Part shown: one piece after another, positions 53,092 through 62,838 of the stretch
How positions within the stretch are numbered: position 1 is the stretch's first letter
Layout of the letters: every line of letters begins with the position of its first letter
NCBI GenBank assembly: GCA_049518415.1
Contig: JBEKRX010000028.1
Coordinates: forward strand, 4,604-68,603
Source of the DNA: Verrucomicrobiota bacterium
Lineage (GTDB): Bacteria; Verrucomicrobiota; Verrucomicrobiia; Limisphaerales; UBA8199
Direction of reading: 5' to 3'
Length of the DNA: 64,000 bases
Notes under the pieces: model-generated
What the model saw: only the letters and a program-made list of their open reading frames with translations
What the model was told of the DNA's origin: nothing
Databases searched by the model: none
Made by a program: the position numbers and the translations under genes

Positions 53092-53874
53092 TTATGGGGC
53101 GGATGTGAAGAAATTTGTGGAGGTGGATTTGGCTTTGATCACCTCCTCCCAGAGGGGCAGAGAGGAGGTCTTTTTTTCCAGGAGCCAGAGCGGCGTGTGG
53201 CAATAGGTTCGCAGCGGGCCGGGCAATCGCCGGCTGGTGAACGGGTGCAGGCCAAACCCGTGGACCTCGAGGAGTTTGAAATGGCCGTTAAGCTGGAGGA
53301 ACCGGCTGAAGGACCAAATGGCAAACCCACGGACATGGGCGTCCAGGATGACCATGGTGGTTGGCTGGCGGCCTAAGAGCAGCAGCAGGCAATTGTGCAG
53401 CGCCGAGATGTTGGGAACACTGAGCATCAAATGCCCTCCAGGCTTGAGCACGCGGTGCATCTCACCAAGCGGGCCGAAGATGTTCTTCAGATGCTCCAGA
53501 ACCTGGTTACAGATCACAATGTCGTAGCTCCCATCGGCGTCTGGAAATCGCTGGGTTTCCAGGTCCACGCGCTGGAACTCAATGATTTCGCGCACCTTCG
53601 GGGTGCGCAGGTCGCGCCAGTCATAAATGACGGCCCTCTCCGGGCGGCTGAGTTGGTCGCGGTAGCCCGCGGTGTGCCAGCCGGTATAGCCGCCGAGCTC
53701 GAGCAGCGTGTGGCTGTCTTGGCCGTAATGTTTGACCATCGCGGCGATAGCCTGGCGCACCCTAAACTGCGTTTTGTCGTGCCTGGTCGTGCCCACCTTC
53801 GCTGAAGGTTCGTACTCCAGCAGATACTGCTCCATTGACCCTCGGGCATATTTCCGGCTTGCGACGGATCCCAT
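53092..53874 (-). CDS. class I SAM-dependent methyltransferase
   Basis: LLELGGYTG (motif I-like), YDIVICNQVLEHL and VLKPGGHLMLSVPN. ATG at 53874 chosen. The upstream extension in the track looks non-coding. Confidence 0.75.
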   Translation of the reverse strand: MGSVASRKYARGSMEQYLLEYEPSAKVGTTRHDKTQFRVRQAIAAMVKHYGQDSHTLLELGGYTGWHTAGYRDQLSRPERAVIYDWRDLRTPKVREIIEFQRVDLETQRFPDADGSYDIVICNQVLEHLKNIFGPLGEMHRVLKPGGHLMLSVPNISALHNCLLLLLGRQPTTMVILDAHVRGFAIWSFSRFLQLNGHFKLLEVHGFGLHPFTSRRLPGPLRTYCHTPLWLLEKKTSSLPLWEEVIKAKSTSTNFFTSAP

Positions 53875-54210
53875 GACCCCGATCTTAAATTGCCGCCGGG
53901 AGGTGTCAAGCCCGTGCCGGGGTGGGTTGGGCGCATCTTGACGGTGCCACCGAACCCAAGGCGCACGCGCAGGAGCGAGCCAGAGCCGACTTTCCCCGCT
54001 TCCTTGATGACCCCGGGGCCAGCCTGTGGCGGCGAGGCCTGGAGGGCGGCGCGAGCGCGGAAGCATTGCCTGCACGCTGAGCCTTCAGCCCTGGCCTTGG
54101 TTCCAGGGCGGCGGCGCCAGGCGGATCGCCTGCCCTTTGAGCTTTACGCTCTCCACCGCCTCCGCCATTGTGATTTGGCGCCGATGGGACGCGCTGTCGC
54201 AGTCCCGGAT

Positions 54211-55407
54211 ATGCCAAAGCAAACGCTAACCGTGGCCTGGATTTCCGACTTCCCGGTCGAGTGGCTGCCGGATTTGCCGGAGGCCCTGCGCGCCTGGCCG
54301 CGGCGGCACCCGGCCACCTGGCAGATGGTGCTGCTTTCCGAATTGGAAAAGGACCCGGCGCTCCGGGTGCATGTGATCCTGTTGCGCCATCGCCTGGAGC
54401 GGGCCTTCTGTTTCGAGAGGAACCGGACGGTGTTTCATGTGCTCAAGGCCGCGCCCTGGCTGCGGGTCGCCTCGGTTTTCTGGGCCGATACGCTGCTGAT
54501 CCGCCGGGTCTGCCGGCGGATTGGGCCGGACCTGGTCCATGCCTGGGGCATGGAGAAAGGCGCCCCTTTGATTGCCCATCGGCTTGGGCGGCCGTATGTG
54601 ATGACGGTGCAGGGCCTTTTCGGCTGGTACCGGGAGCGGGTGCCGCTGGGGCGCTACGACCGGTTCATCGAGCGGTTGGAACGTGTCAGCCTGCGCCGGG
54701 CGCCCGTCGTGACGACTGAATCCGATTACGCCGTGCGGTATCTGAAGGCCCGCTATCCGCAGCTCCGCATCCAGCAGGCGGAACACGCCCCCAACCAGGC
54801 CTTTTTCCAGGTCCGCCGCCAGCCCCAAGTGCAGCCGATTCGGTTTATCTCGATCGGGACGCTCAGTTTTCGCAAAGGAACGGATTTGCTGTTTCGGGCC
54901 CTGGAGCGGCTGCGGGCGGAGCTGGCCTTCACCCTCGAGGTCATTAGCGGGCCCAATCGGCAATACCTGGCGTCGCTCCGGCCCACGGTTTCCGAGGCCC
55001 TCTGGCAACAGGTCGAGTTCAAGCATCATCTCCTGCCGGCGGAAGTGGCCAAAGAACTGGAAAGGCCCACCCTCATGCTCCTGCCCACACGCGCCGATGT
55101 CAGTCCCAATGCGGTCAAAGAATGCGTGGTGGCGGGCGTGCCGGTGGTGGCCTCGAGCATCGGGGGCGTGCCGGACTATGTCGCTGCGGGCCGGAATGGG
55201 TTGCTCTTTCCACCAGGCGATCTCGAGGGATTTCTGGCGGCGATCCGGACGGCCGTGCAGCATCCGCTGTTCGGCCGGGGCCAGGTGGACGCGGCCACCC
55301 TGGCCCAAAGCCGCGATTACCTTTCGCCAGCCCGCATGGCCCGCAACTTTCTGGCGGCCTACCAGGCGGCGCTCAGCCCGGCCGCGGGCCAGTCGCCTTC
55401 CCGGTGA
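54211..55407 (+). CDS. glycosyltransferase family 4
   Basis: ATG at 54211. GT-B C-terminal domain (ISIGTLSFRKGTDLL, LLPTRADVSPNAVKECVVAGVPVVASSIGGVPDYV..GRNGLLFPPGD). Confidence 0.85.
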   Translation: MPKQTLTVAWISDFPVEWLPDLPEALRAWPRRHPATWQMVLLSELEKDPALRVHVILLRHRLERAFCFERNRTVFHVLKAAPWLRVASVFWADTLLIRRVCRRIGPDLVHAWGMEKGAPLIAHRLGRPYVMTVQGLFGWYRERVPLGRYDRFIERLERVSLRRAPVVTTESDYAVRYLKARYPQLRIQQAEHAPNQAFFQVRRQPQVQPIRFISIGTLSFRKGTDLLFRALERLRAELAFTLEVISGPNRQYLASLRPTVSEALWQQVEFKHHLLPAEVAKELERPTLMLLPTRADVSPNAVKECVVAGVPVVASSIGGVPDYVAAGRNGLLFPPGDLEGFLAAIRTAVQHPLFGRGQVDAATLAQSRDYLSPARMARNFLAAYQAALSPAAGQSPSR

Positions 55408-55583
55408 GGGAGTAGCCTGCCCTGATGCCGTCGTAAGGACGTACTGCGAAGACTCTGCGGCCGGCACGCGTTGGACCGGCCGGCCGGGCGGCCGGGGGCG
55501 GGGGAAGGCTGCCGTTGCTTGGCTGACGAAGCATCTTTGCCCTGGTTTTGGTTGCCGCTCCGCCGGGCTGCGAAGAATGGGGG

Positions 55584-57128
55584 TTAAACGCCCAGCGGCT
55601 TGCGCACCCCGGGCGAGAGGCGGAACCGGCTCATGACCAGGGCAGGTTCAGGGGCCGCGACGTGTGGTTTGGCGACACCCCCGTTGAGGCTGACGCTCAA
55701 GCCGAGCAGGCCGACGAACGTGGCCAGGTCACTGTAGAGCGAGCCGAAGAGCGTCAGGAAGAAGATGATTTTCGCCAGGTAGAAGGCAAACAGGAAGGTG
55801 TTGAGCTTTTCGAAAGCCGGGTCGCCATACTTGTAATTCTGATAAAACACCCGCGCCCCCGCCACCATAAACCAGACAAAGCAAACCACCCCAAGAATTC
55901 CAAAGGGGATGATGATCGACAACGGGCCGTTGTGGTAGTCGCCTGTCAGTTCGCTGCCCTCGGGGGTGGCTTGGGAACGAAGGCTCATCCGGGCAATATC
56001 AACGTCGCCCGGGTTGAAGCCGTAGCCTTTGCCGAGGAAGAGGTAGTGCGGGACCTCCGGGAGGACATGCTCCCACATTTCCAGCCGCCATTCCGTGGAG
56101 TATTGCGCGTCCAGTTTGACTGCCGGATCGATGGGGACGGGCAAAAAGGCGAGCGTGCGCTGCACCGAGAGGGGCAGGTGGGTGGCAAAACCCATCAACA
56201 ACGCCCCGCCCACGACCGTGAAGGCGATCACGACCGGAAACACCCGGGTCCGATAAAGGCCTTCCAGCCAAAAGAGGGCGGTCATCAAGAGCAGGAACTG
56301 AGCCAGCAACGAGCGGAACCCGCCCAACAGGCCAATAAAAACGAAGAGCAGAAAAACCAGCAACCGGAGCGGGTTGCGCAAGTCGAAAAGCTGGCGCAGG
56401 TTGTAGCGCGCCAGCAGGGCGCAGAACACCCCCATGCCCAACATGGTTAGCCCGCCCGACCGCATGATCACGCTGGTTCTGCCAACCGGGCTACTGTCCA
56501 GCGCCGCCAGGTTCTCGACGGGGAATATAAAAAACAGGAAGTTAAAGGCGGGATTGATCATCCCGGCCAGATTGCCGATCGCCAGCGTCGTATAGCCGAG
56601 GAAGAAAAGCGAGACGCAGAGCGTCGCCCGTTGGGGAGGGATCCGCCGGCCGGTGATGGCAAAGTAGCCCAGGATGGCGCCCAGGATCAGGAAGTAGCGC
56701 TTGCCGCCATAGACTTCGCTCCCAAAGGCCCGCAGACCGATGCCGCCCGTCAACCGCGCGGTCATCACCACCACCAGCGCCAGGAAAATCAAAGACCAGG
56801 TCACCGAGGGCACCGAAAGGAATCTCCGCTCCCGGTTCAGGGCGTACTGCAGGATGGAAATCGGCAGACTGACGGCGGTCAACCCCATCCACAATTGCGG
56901 GTGGCCCGGCAGGAAAAAGATGACGGCGGTCACGTTCCAGGAGGCAATCAACCATAGGTGATGCCAGCGCAAGAGCAGCGGGATCATCAAGACAAACAGG
57001 ACCATCCCGACGGCGGTAAACGTGGTGAGGTCCATCGGCGTCGCCAGCAGGTAACCCAGGAACACCGCCAGGGGCAGGCAAAGCCCATAGACCAGTAACG
57101 ACCGCAGCAAGGAGGAGGCGCTGGTCAT
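55584..57128 (-). CDS. O-antigen ligase/polymerase-like (Wzy_C) polytopic membrane protein, paralog 1
   Basis: At least 10 hydrophobic helices. Periplasmic loop TGDYHNGPLSIIIPFGILG. Clearly paralogous to the adjacent gene. Confidence 0.8.
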   Translation of the reverse strand: MTSASSLLRSLLVYGLCLPLAVFLGYLLATPMDLTTFTAVGMVLFVLMIPLLLRWHHLWLIASWNVTAVIFFLPGHPQLWMGLTAVSLPISILQYALNRERRFLSVPSVTWSLIFLALVVVMTARLTGGIGLRAFGSEVYGGKRYFLILGAILGYFAITGRRIPPQRATLCVSLFFLGYTTLAIGNLAGMINPAFNFLFFIFPVENLAALDSSPVGRTSVIMRSGGLTMLGMGVFCALLARYNLRQLFDLRNPLRLLVFLLFVFIGLLGGFRSLLAQFLLLMTALFWLEGLYRTRVFPVVIAFTVVGGALLMGFATHLPLSVQRTLAFLPVPIDPAVKLDAQYSTEWRLEMWEHVLPEVPHYLFLGKGYGFNPGDVDIARMSLRSQATPEGSELTGDYHNGPLSIIIPFGILGVVCFVWFMVAGARVFYQNYKYGDPAFEKLNTFLFAFYLAKIIFFLTLFGSLYSDLATFVGLLGLSVSLNGGVAKPHVAAPEPALVMSRFRLSPGVRKPLGV

Positions 57129-57159
57129 GACCTTCCAGGATGATAGAGCAGCCACGGCA

Positions 57160-58683
57160 TCATAGTCGGGAAAAAGTCGCCAGGGCCGGTGCCGCAGAGG
57201 CCTCGGCCTCGCTGCGCGCGGCCGGCCACCCATTCAGGCTGACACTGAAACCGAGCAGCCCGGCGAAGGTGTAAAAATCAAGATACAGGGCGCCGAAAAT
57301 CAGGAAGAAAAAGGCCGCCTTGGCCACATAGGCCGCGAGCAGAAAGGTGTTGACCCGGTGCAACTGCGGCAGGCCGAGGCGGTAGTTGTGGTATAAATAC
57401 CGCCATCCTGCGAGGAGAAACCACCCAAACCCGATCGCTCCGAAGAGCCCAAAGGGCATCAGCACCGAAAGCGCCCCATTATGATAGTCCCCCGCCAGAG
57501 CGGCAGTGACGGAACTTCCGCCCGGCTGCTGCGGGCCGGCCAACTGGGAGATGAACAACTCATCCGGATCCAGCGAGTAGCCTTTTCCTTTGAGCAAGTA
57601 TTTGGGGACCTCCGGCAGCACGTCCCGCCACATCCCGAGCCGCCATTGGTTGGATTGTTCAACGTTTTCCCGTACGGCCGGATCGACTGGCACGGGCAGA
57701 AAGCTCAAAGAGCGCTGGACCACGAACGGCAGTTTGTCCAGTTGACACATGACCACCACGCCGGCCAGGGCGCCGGCGCCTGCCAAAAGGGGTAGCAAGC
57801 GCGTCCGGTGCAGCCCTTCCAGCCAGAACATCACCGCAAAGGTCAGGACAAAGAGGATCAGCGCCGAGCGGTAGCCCGAGGCCATGCAGCCGACGGCGGC
57901 CAGCAGGAAGAGGAACAGGCGGCCTGGCCGGCCCAGTTGCAGCACCCCCCGCACCCCGTAGCGCGCCAGCAAATACCCAGACAGCGCGGCCGAGGCCATC
58001 ACCAGCCCGCCCATACGCGCCAGGCCGGAGGGAAGAGCGAAGTCACGCGTCACCTGCTCCGACACGGTGCCAATCGGGAACCAATCAAAAAGGAAATAGA
58101 ACTTCGGCCCCGCCGCGTAGGCCAGGTTGCTGATCACCGCCGTCAGGCCGGGCAAAAAAAACATCGCCACATAGGCCTTCGCCCGGGCTGGCGGAATCCG
58201 CTCGCTGGTAAACGCGAAGAAGCCCGCCAGCGCCGCCAGCAGGTAAAAGTAGCCTCGCCCGCCCTGGCGACCCGAACCGAGAATCCTGAGTCCAAAGCCG
58301 CCAGTCAGCAAGGCCGTGATCACCACCACCGCCCCAAAGAAGAGCAGCGGCCGGGCCAGCGACGGGATATACAGGAACTGTTTGTGCGGGTTCACCGACC
58401 GGTTGAGCACGGCAATCAACAGGCTCGCAAACGCCATCACCACCCACAACAAGGGCCGGCCCGGAACGAAGAACGGGGTGAGTGCCAGGTTCCAGCTCAG
58501 CACCAGCAGGGGATGGTGCCACTTCATCATCAGCGGCACGCTCAGCGTAGTGAGCACCAGCAGCACCACCACCAGGCTCTCAGGTTCCAATGGCTCGGCC
58601 AGAAAATAACCCAGCAGCACCGCCAGCGGCATGCAGATGCCCAGAATCAGGTGCGCCCGGGGTACCCTAATCGTATTTGCCAT
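57160..58683 (-). CDS. O-antigen ligase/polymerase-like (Wzy_C) polytopic membrane protein, paralog 2
   Basis: Same architecture as paralog 1. Collinear similarity throughout (AGDYHNGALSVLMPFGLFG; C-terminal FAGLLGFSVSLNG vs FVGLLGLSVSLNG). Confidence 0.8.
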   Translation of the reverse strand: MANTIRVPRAHLILGICMPLAVLLGYFLAEPLEPESLVVVLLVLTTLSVPLMMKWHHPLLVLSWNLALTPFFVPGRPLLWVVMAFASLLIAVLNRSVNPHKQFLYIPSLARPLLFFGAVVVITALLTGGFGLRILGSGRQGGRGYFYLLAALAGFFAFTSERIPPARAKAYVAMFFLPGLTAVISNLAYAAGPKFYFLFDWFPIGTVSEQVTRDFALPSGLARMGGLVMASAALSGYLLARYGVRGVLQLGRPGRLFLFLLAAVGCMASGYRSALILFVLTFAVMFWLEGLHRTRLLPLLAGAGALAGVVVMCQLDKLPFVVQRSLSFLPVPVDPAVRENVEQSNQWRLGMWRDVLPEVPKYLLKGKGYSLDPDELFISQLAGPQQPGGSSVTAALAGDYHNGALSVLMPFGLFGAIGFGWFLLAGWRYLYHNYRLGLPQLHRVNTFLLAAYVAKAAFFFLIFGALYLDFYTFAGLLGFSVSLNGWPAARSEAEASAAPALATFSRL

Positions 58684-59148
58684 TGCAGAGCCAGAGTAGC
58701 ACGAAATCCAGCCCGGCACGCAACCTCTTTCTTTCCTCTGCCGCCTTAGGCCACTCCTGGCGGAGGGAGCGCCGAACTGGCTTTGGGCGCGCTCCCGAGC
58801 CGCGCGCTCCGGGGCGCCGGTTTAGCCCAGAGCATAGCTACTCTGGCGGGATCGTTGGACGAAGAACGCCTGAGATGCTTTGATCGCCGATGCCGGATCC
58901 GAACCAGCGGGGTTACCTGCCTGTCTGACACCTCTCTTGACCGTTCCAGGTTGGCCGGCGCCACCTAATACGGTCCGATCAACGGCTGGGGTTTCCGCGA
59001 GTTCCTGCAAGCACTGAGCCTCCCCCGCCACCTGGAGCAAGGCGCGGCGGCTGGCCGGGGAGGTCCCAGGGCCCCGAGATTTGAGCCGCAGGCCATCCGC
59101 TTTCTCGCTTGACGCGCCGAAGTCGGTGATTACTTTCACCGGCACCTA

Positions 59149-60402
59149 ATGAAGTTACTTCAAAGGATATCGGTCTTCGGGTTGGGAAAACTGGGAGCTT
59201 GCATCGCCGCGACTTTGGCCCAGCGCGGTTTCGAGGTGTTGGGGGTGGACATCGATCCGGAAAAAGTGCGCAAGCTCAACGAAGGCTTGCCGCCGGTCGA
59301 AGAGCCGCTCCTGGCGGAAACGATTCAAGCCGGGCGCTCGCGACTGCGCGCCACCATGGACCATCGCGAGGCGGTGGCCACCGACGCTTCCTGTTTCATC
59401 CCGCCTTCGCCGAGCCTGCCGGACGGGAGTTTTTCCAACGAATTCTTGTTGAAGGCCATGCAGCCCATGGCCAAGGCCTGCAAAGACACGGGGAAAAAAG
59501 GCCATGTTTTTGTCTGTAATTCCACCACCACGCCCGGCTCGGTGGATCAGGTTCTGATTCCGATGCTCGAACGCGAACTGGGCGGAACTTGCGGACGCGA
59601 TTTTGGGTTTTGCTACAACCCGGCATTCATCGCGCTGGGCAACGTCGTCAACGGACTGCTGGAGCCGGACCTGGTTCTAATCGGGGAATCGGATCGGGCG
59701 AGCGGCGCGGCGCTGGAGGCGCTTTACAAAAAATACAATCGCAATCAGCCGCGGATTGCGCGGATGTCCATCGTCAGCGCGGAACTGACCAAGATTTCCG
59801 TGAACAGTTACATCACGATGAAGATCAGTTTCACGAACCAGTTGCGGATGATTGCCGAACAATTTCCGAAGGCAGACATCCACGCCATTCTGGAGGCCAT
59901 CGGCAGCGACAGCCGGATCGGCCCGAAATATCTTCGCCCCGGCTTGAGCTACGGCGGCCCGTGTTTCCCGCGCGACAACCGCGTGCTCGCTTATACCGCC
60001 CGGCAGGCCGGCCTGGAAGCGCCGCTGGCGGAAGCCTCCGATCGCGTCAATCAGCGGACGAACCAGGACCTGTTTGAAAAAGTGCGGAAGCAGGTGGAGG
60101 AGAAAGGTCTCGTGGCGGTTTTGGGGCTTGCCTACAAGCCGGACACTTATATTACCGAGGAAGCGGCCGGGCTTTACCTGGCGCAGCAACTCAAACGCCA
60201 CGGCTATCGCGTCATCGTCCATGATTACGGGGCCAATCCGTCCAATGCGCCCAGTCTCCACGAATTCGAATACCTTGCCGATCCGGCGACGCTGCAAAAT
60301 CGCGAGGACGTCAAACTGGCGGTTGTTTGCTGCCCCTGGCCGCAGTATCGCTCGCTCCGGGTGGCGAAGCACACGAAGGTTCTTTCGCCCTGGAAGACGT
60401 AG
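59149..60402 (+). CDS. UDP-glucose/GDP-mannose dehydrogenase-family nucleotide-sugar dehydrogenase
   Basis: N-terminal Rossmann (ISVFGLGKLGACIAATLAQRG), catalytic Cys block (YGGPCFPRDN) and C-terminal UDP-binding domain (VAVLGLAYKPDT). Confidence 0.9.
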   Translation: MKLLQRISVFGLGKLGACIAATLAQRGFEVLGVDIDPEKVRKLNEGLPPVEEPLLAETIQAGRSRLRATMDHREAVATDASCFIPPSPSLPDGSFSNEFLLKAMQPMAKACKDTGKKGHVFVCNSTTTPGSVDQVLIPMLERELGGTCGRDFGFCYNPAFIALGNVVNGLLEPDLVLIGESDRASGAALEALYKKYNRNQPRIARMSIVSAELTKISVNSYITMKISFTNQLRMIAEQFPKADIHAILEAIGSDSRIGPKYLRPGLSYGGPCFPRDNRVLAYTARQAGLEAPLAEASDRVNQRTNQDLFEKVRKQVEEKGLVAVLGLAYKPDTYITEEAAGLYLAQQLKRHGYRVIVHDYGANPSNAPSLHEFEYLADPATLQNREDVKLAVVCCPWPQYRSLRVAKHTKVLSPWKT

Positions 60403-60600
60403 GGCGGCTCTGGAAATCTTCCTTCGCGCCGCAGCCCGCGAAGCCCCGCCTTCATTGGCGATCTGCGATTTGCGGCTTGCGAATCCTTCTGCCCTCCCCG
60501 CACCAAGAGCCATCGCCCCTCGCCAATCGAAAATCATGGGCCCAGTTTGGCATTCACCGGGTGAAGGCTATCGCGCGTCTTGGGCGGGATGCCAAACGCT

Positions 60601-60636
60601 CCATTGGCTGGATTGGCTGCATTGGCTGCATTGGGA
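60601..60636 (-). repeat. tandem 9-bp GCCAAT repeat array (four units), inverted relative to 24704-24829
   Basis: The plus strand reads ccattggct ggattggct gcattggct gcattggga, followed by gggaattttggcggtg, which resembles the GGAATTGGCGG core. It sits in a convergent intergenic region. Confidence 0.85.
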
Positions 60637-60683
60637 ATTTTGGCGGTGTTTTTGTTCCTGCCGCCGCCGCCGGCAGGCCCGGG

Positions 60684-61550
60684 TCATAGTTTGTCCAGGC
60701 CGATATTCGAGGAAAACTCGGTCTTGTCGCGCATGTGCTTTCTGAGATGCCAGCCGCCGGGGATCAGATCGCATTTGCCCAGCACGATCAATTTCTCCGC
60801 CTGCCGCTTGAGCCGCGCATAATAGCCGAGCATCTTGCCGACGACGCCGCCGGGCACGCCGTATTCCGCCCGGATGCGCGCCGACTCCCTGGCCATGTTC
60901 ATCACCACGCGTTTATCCGCGGATTGCCCGTGTTGATGGTAGCGGTATCGCACGACGTAGGCGCGAATGTGGCCGATGGAGCAATTGGCGAAAGCCATCC
61001 GCGTGAGGAATTCAAGGTCACACGAGTTTTTGAAATCTTTGTAGCGCAACCCGCCGAGGCGCTGGTAAGTTCTCTTGCGGACAAAGAGGGTTTGATGCTG
61101 GGCCACCCCGAAGCCGAAACGGACAATTTGCGGATCCCAACACGCTTCTTCGCGGCGGAAGATCTCGCGGCCGTGGTCGTCCACAAAAATTATGTCGCCG
61201 AACAATCCATCCCACTCCGGATGCGCCCGGAGCGCGGCGGCGACTTTCGTGAGAACCCCTTCGCAATAACAATCGTCCGCATTCAGAATCGCCACCGCTT
61301 CACCCGTGGCCATTTGAATGCCTTTATTCATCGCGTGATAATGGCCTTCGTCCTTTTCGGAAATCCAAATCAGGTGCGGATACTCGCGCAGAATATCGAG
61401 CGTGCCATCGGTCGAACCGCCGTCCAGGATCAGGTGCTCGACGTTTTTGTAGTCCTGTTCCCGCACGCTCAGAATGGTCTCGCGAATCGTGTGCGCGCTG
61501 TTAAGAGAGGGCGTCACCAGGGTGATTTTGGGATCGTTGCTGGTTTGCAT
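60684..61550 (-). CDS. glycosyltransferase family 2
   Basis: ITLVTPSLNSAHTIRETILSVREQDYKNVEHLILDGGSTDGT and AILNADD (DxD-type) blocks. Confidence 0.9.
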   Translation of the reverse strand: MQTSNDPKITLVTPSLNSAHTIRETILSVREQDYKNVEHLILDGGSTDGTLDILREYPHLIWISEKDEGHYHAMNKGIQMATGEAVAILNADDCYCEGVLTKVAAALRAHPEWDGLFGDIIFVDDHGREIFRREEACWDPQIVRFGFGVAQHQTLFVRKRTYQRLGGLRYKDFKNSCDLEFLTRMAFANCSIGHIRAYVVRYRYHQHGQSADKRVVMNMARESARIRAEYGVPGGVVGKMLGYYARLKRQAEKLIVLGKCDLIPGGWHLRKHMRDKTEFSSNIGLDKL

Positions 61551-61592
61551 GACAATTTTACCACCGCGAACCGGATTGCAAAATGCCGATCT

Positions 61593-62522
61593 TCAGTCGG
61601 CAGACAAGCCTTTGGCCAGGTTCTCGGTCATCGCGGGCCGGTCATCGCTCGACGAAACGCCGGGTCCGGAGAGGCGCCGCAGCTCAACCAGGTCGTGGCC
61701 GTCGACAATCCCCTCGACCACCGCGCGCACTTCGAAACCGGCGGCGGGCCAGTTGCGGCGAATGTGGCCGGGCGAAAGGATGGTTGAGCCGTAGCTTCGG
61801 TCGATGCCCACCATGAGACTTGTCACGCGGAGCGTGTCCTGGTTCCGGACATTCTCGCGCCAGTCGCCGTATTCCTTGTAATAGAAACCCTCGCGGTCGA
61901 GATGAGCGCGGAGGGTGGCCTCCTGCGCGTCCATCCCCTTGCAGCGGTACTTGATGCTGGTATATCCTTCGGTGGTCAGGAAACACCAACCGCCGGGCTT
62001 GATCACGCGCGCCAGTTCTTTGAGCCATGGCCCCTGGTCCTCCGGGCTGAGGTGCGAAAAAACGGAGACGGCATAAACCAGGTCAAAAGAACCACTCTCG
62101 TAAGGCAGCGGCGGAGAGAATCGCGATACGCAGGCCTTAACCCGCGGGTAGTTTTTCTGCACGAAGGCAACCGAGGTATCGTCCACATCGCACGCATAGA
62201 AGGAGGGCGCCGGGCAGTTGCGCGTGAAATGGAGCAGGGGGCGCGCAACGCCACAACCAAAATCGAGGACGCGTATGTTCTCGTCCAGTCGAATGCCTTC
62301 ACGCCGCGCACAGGCGTAAATGGGGTGGAAGATGCGCAGGCCGCCGAGGTAATAATCCCAGATCGCCTTGCCCCCGGTTTTGCGTATGCTTGAGTTTGGC
62401 GGCACCGGAAAATCAATCACCCCCGCCAGGCGCCCAAGCAAAACGGCGCAGTTCTGGACCTGATTCAGGCCAAGTTTGAGCAACTTCTTCGGAAGTCCGT
62501 AATTACTCAGCATATCTTTCAA
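61593..62522 (-). CDS. class I SAM-dependent methyltransferase
   Basis: RVLDFGCGVARPL (motif I), FDLVYAVSVFSHL and IKPGGWCFLT. Confidence 0.8.
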   Translation of the reverse strand: MKDMLSNYGLPKKLLKLGLNQVQNCAVLLGRLAGVIDFPVPPNSSIRKTGGKAIWDYYLGGLRIFHPIYACARREGIRLDENIRVLDFGCGVARPLLHFTRNCPAPSFYACDVDDTSVAFVQKNYPRVKACVSRFSPPLPYESGSFDLVYAVSVFSHLSPEDQGPWLKELARVIKPGGWCFLTTEGYTSIKYRCKGMDAQEATLRAHLDREGFYYKEYGDWRENVRNQDTLRVTSLMVGIDRSYGSTILSPGHIRRNWPAAGFEVRAVVEGIVDGHDLVELRRLSGPGVSSSDDRPAMTENLAKGLSAD

Positions 62523-62631
62523 CCCTGAGAGGGGAACCTAAGGAATTGTTTTTCTGAAAATCACCGCTGGATACGACTCGATTCACAGCACGATGTCAAG
62601 CCCAATCCTCGGAAGGTGTGACATTCTGTGA

Positions 62632-62838
62632 CATTCTGGGCCGGCCCCCATCAGCGTGGCCCGCGGCGGGCGCATCGTGCTGGGCGATGGCGTGGGGATG
62701 TTCAGCGCCGTGCGGGGCAATCCCCTGGCCGAAGTTCCGAGGCAATCCGCGCAATCCCGGCAACCAGACCGGCGCGGAAAAGTGAGTTCCCTCCCGCAGT
62801 CAAAGCTTGCGAGCCGTGATGCCCCGGAACCAACTTAA
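62632..62838 (+). pseudogene. fragment of a hexapeptide acetyltransferase paralog
   Basis: GPAPISVARGGRIVLGDGVGMFSAVRGNPLAE aligns with GRPLISVVKGARIVLGDGVRVGSSVRANPLAC of the intact gene at 52185-52796. No start codon, no beta-helix body, and it overlaps the 3' end of the next gene. Confidence 0.5.

Noticed and set aside
54226-55467. 413-aa minus-strand ORF over the GT4 gene; likewise 57808-58749 (+) and 60735-61787 (+) over the Wzy-like and GT2 genes
   Set aside because: They are antisense to genes with recognisable GT-B, polytopic-membrane and GT-A signatures. Their composition is Arg/Gly/Pro-rich.
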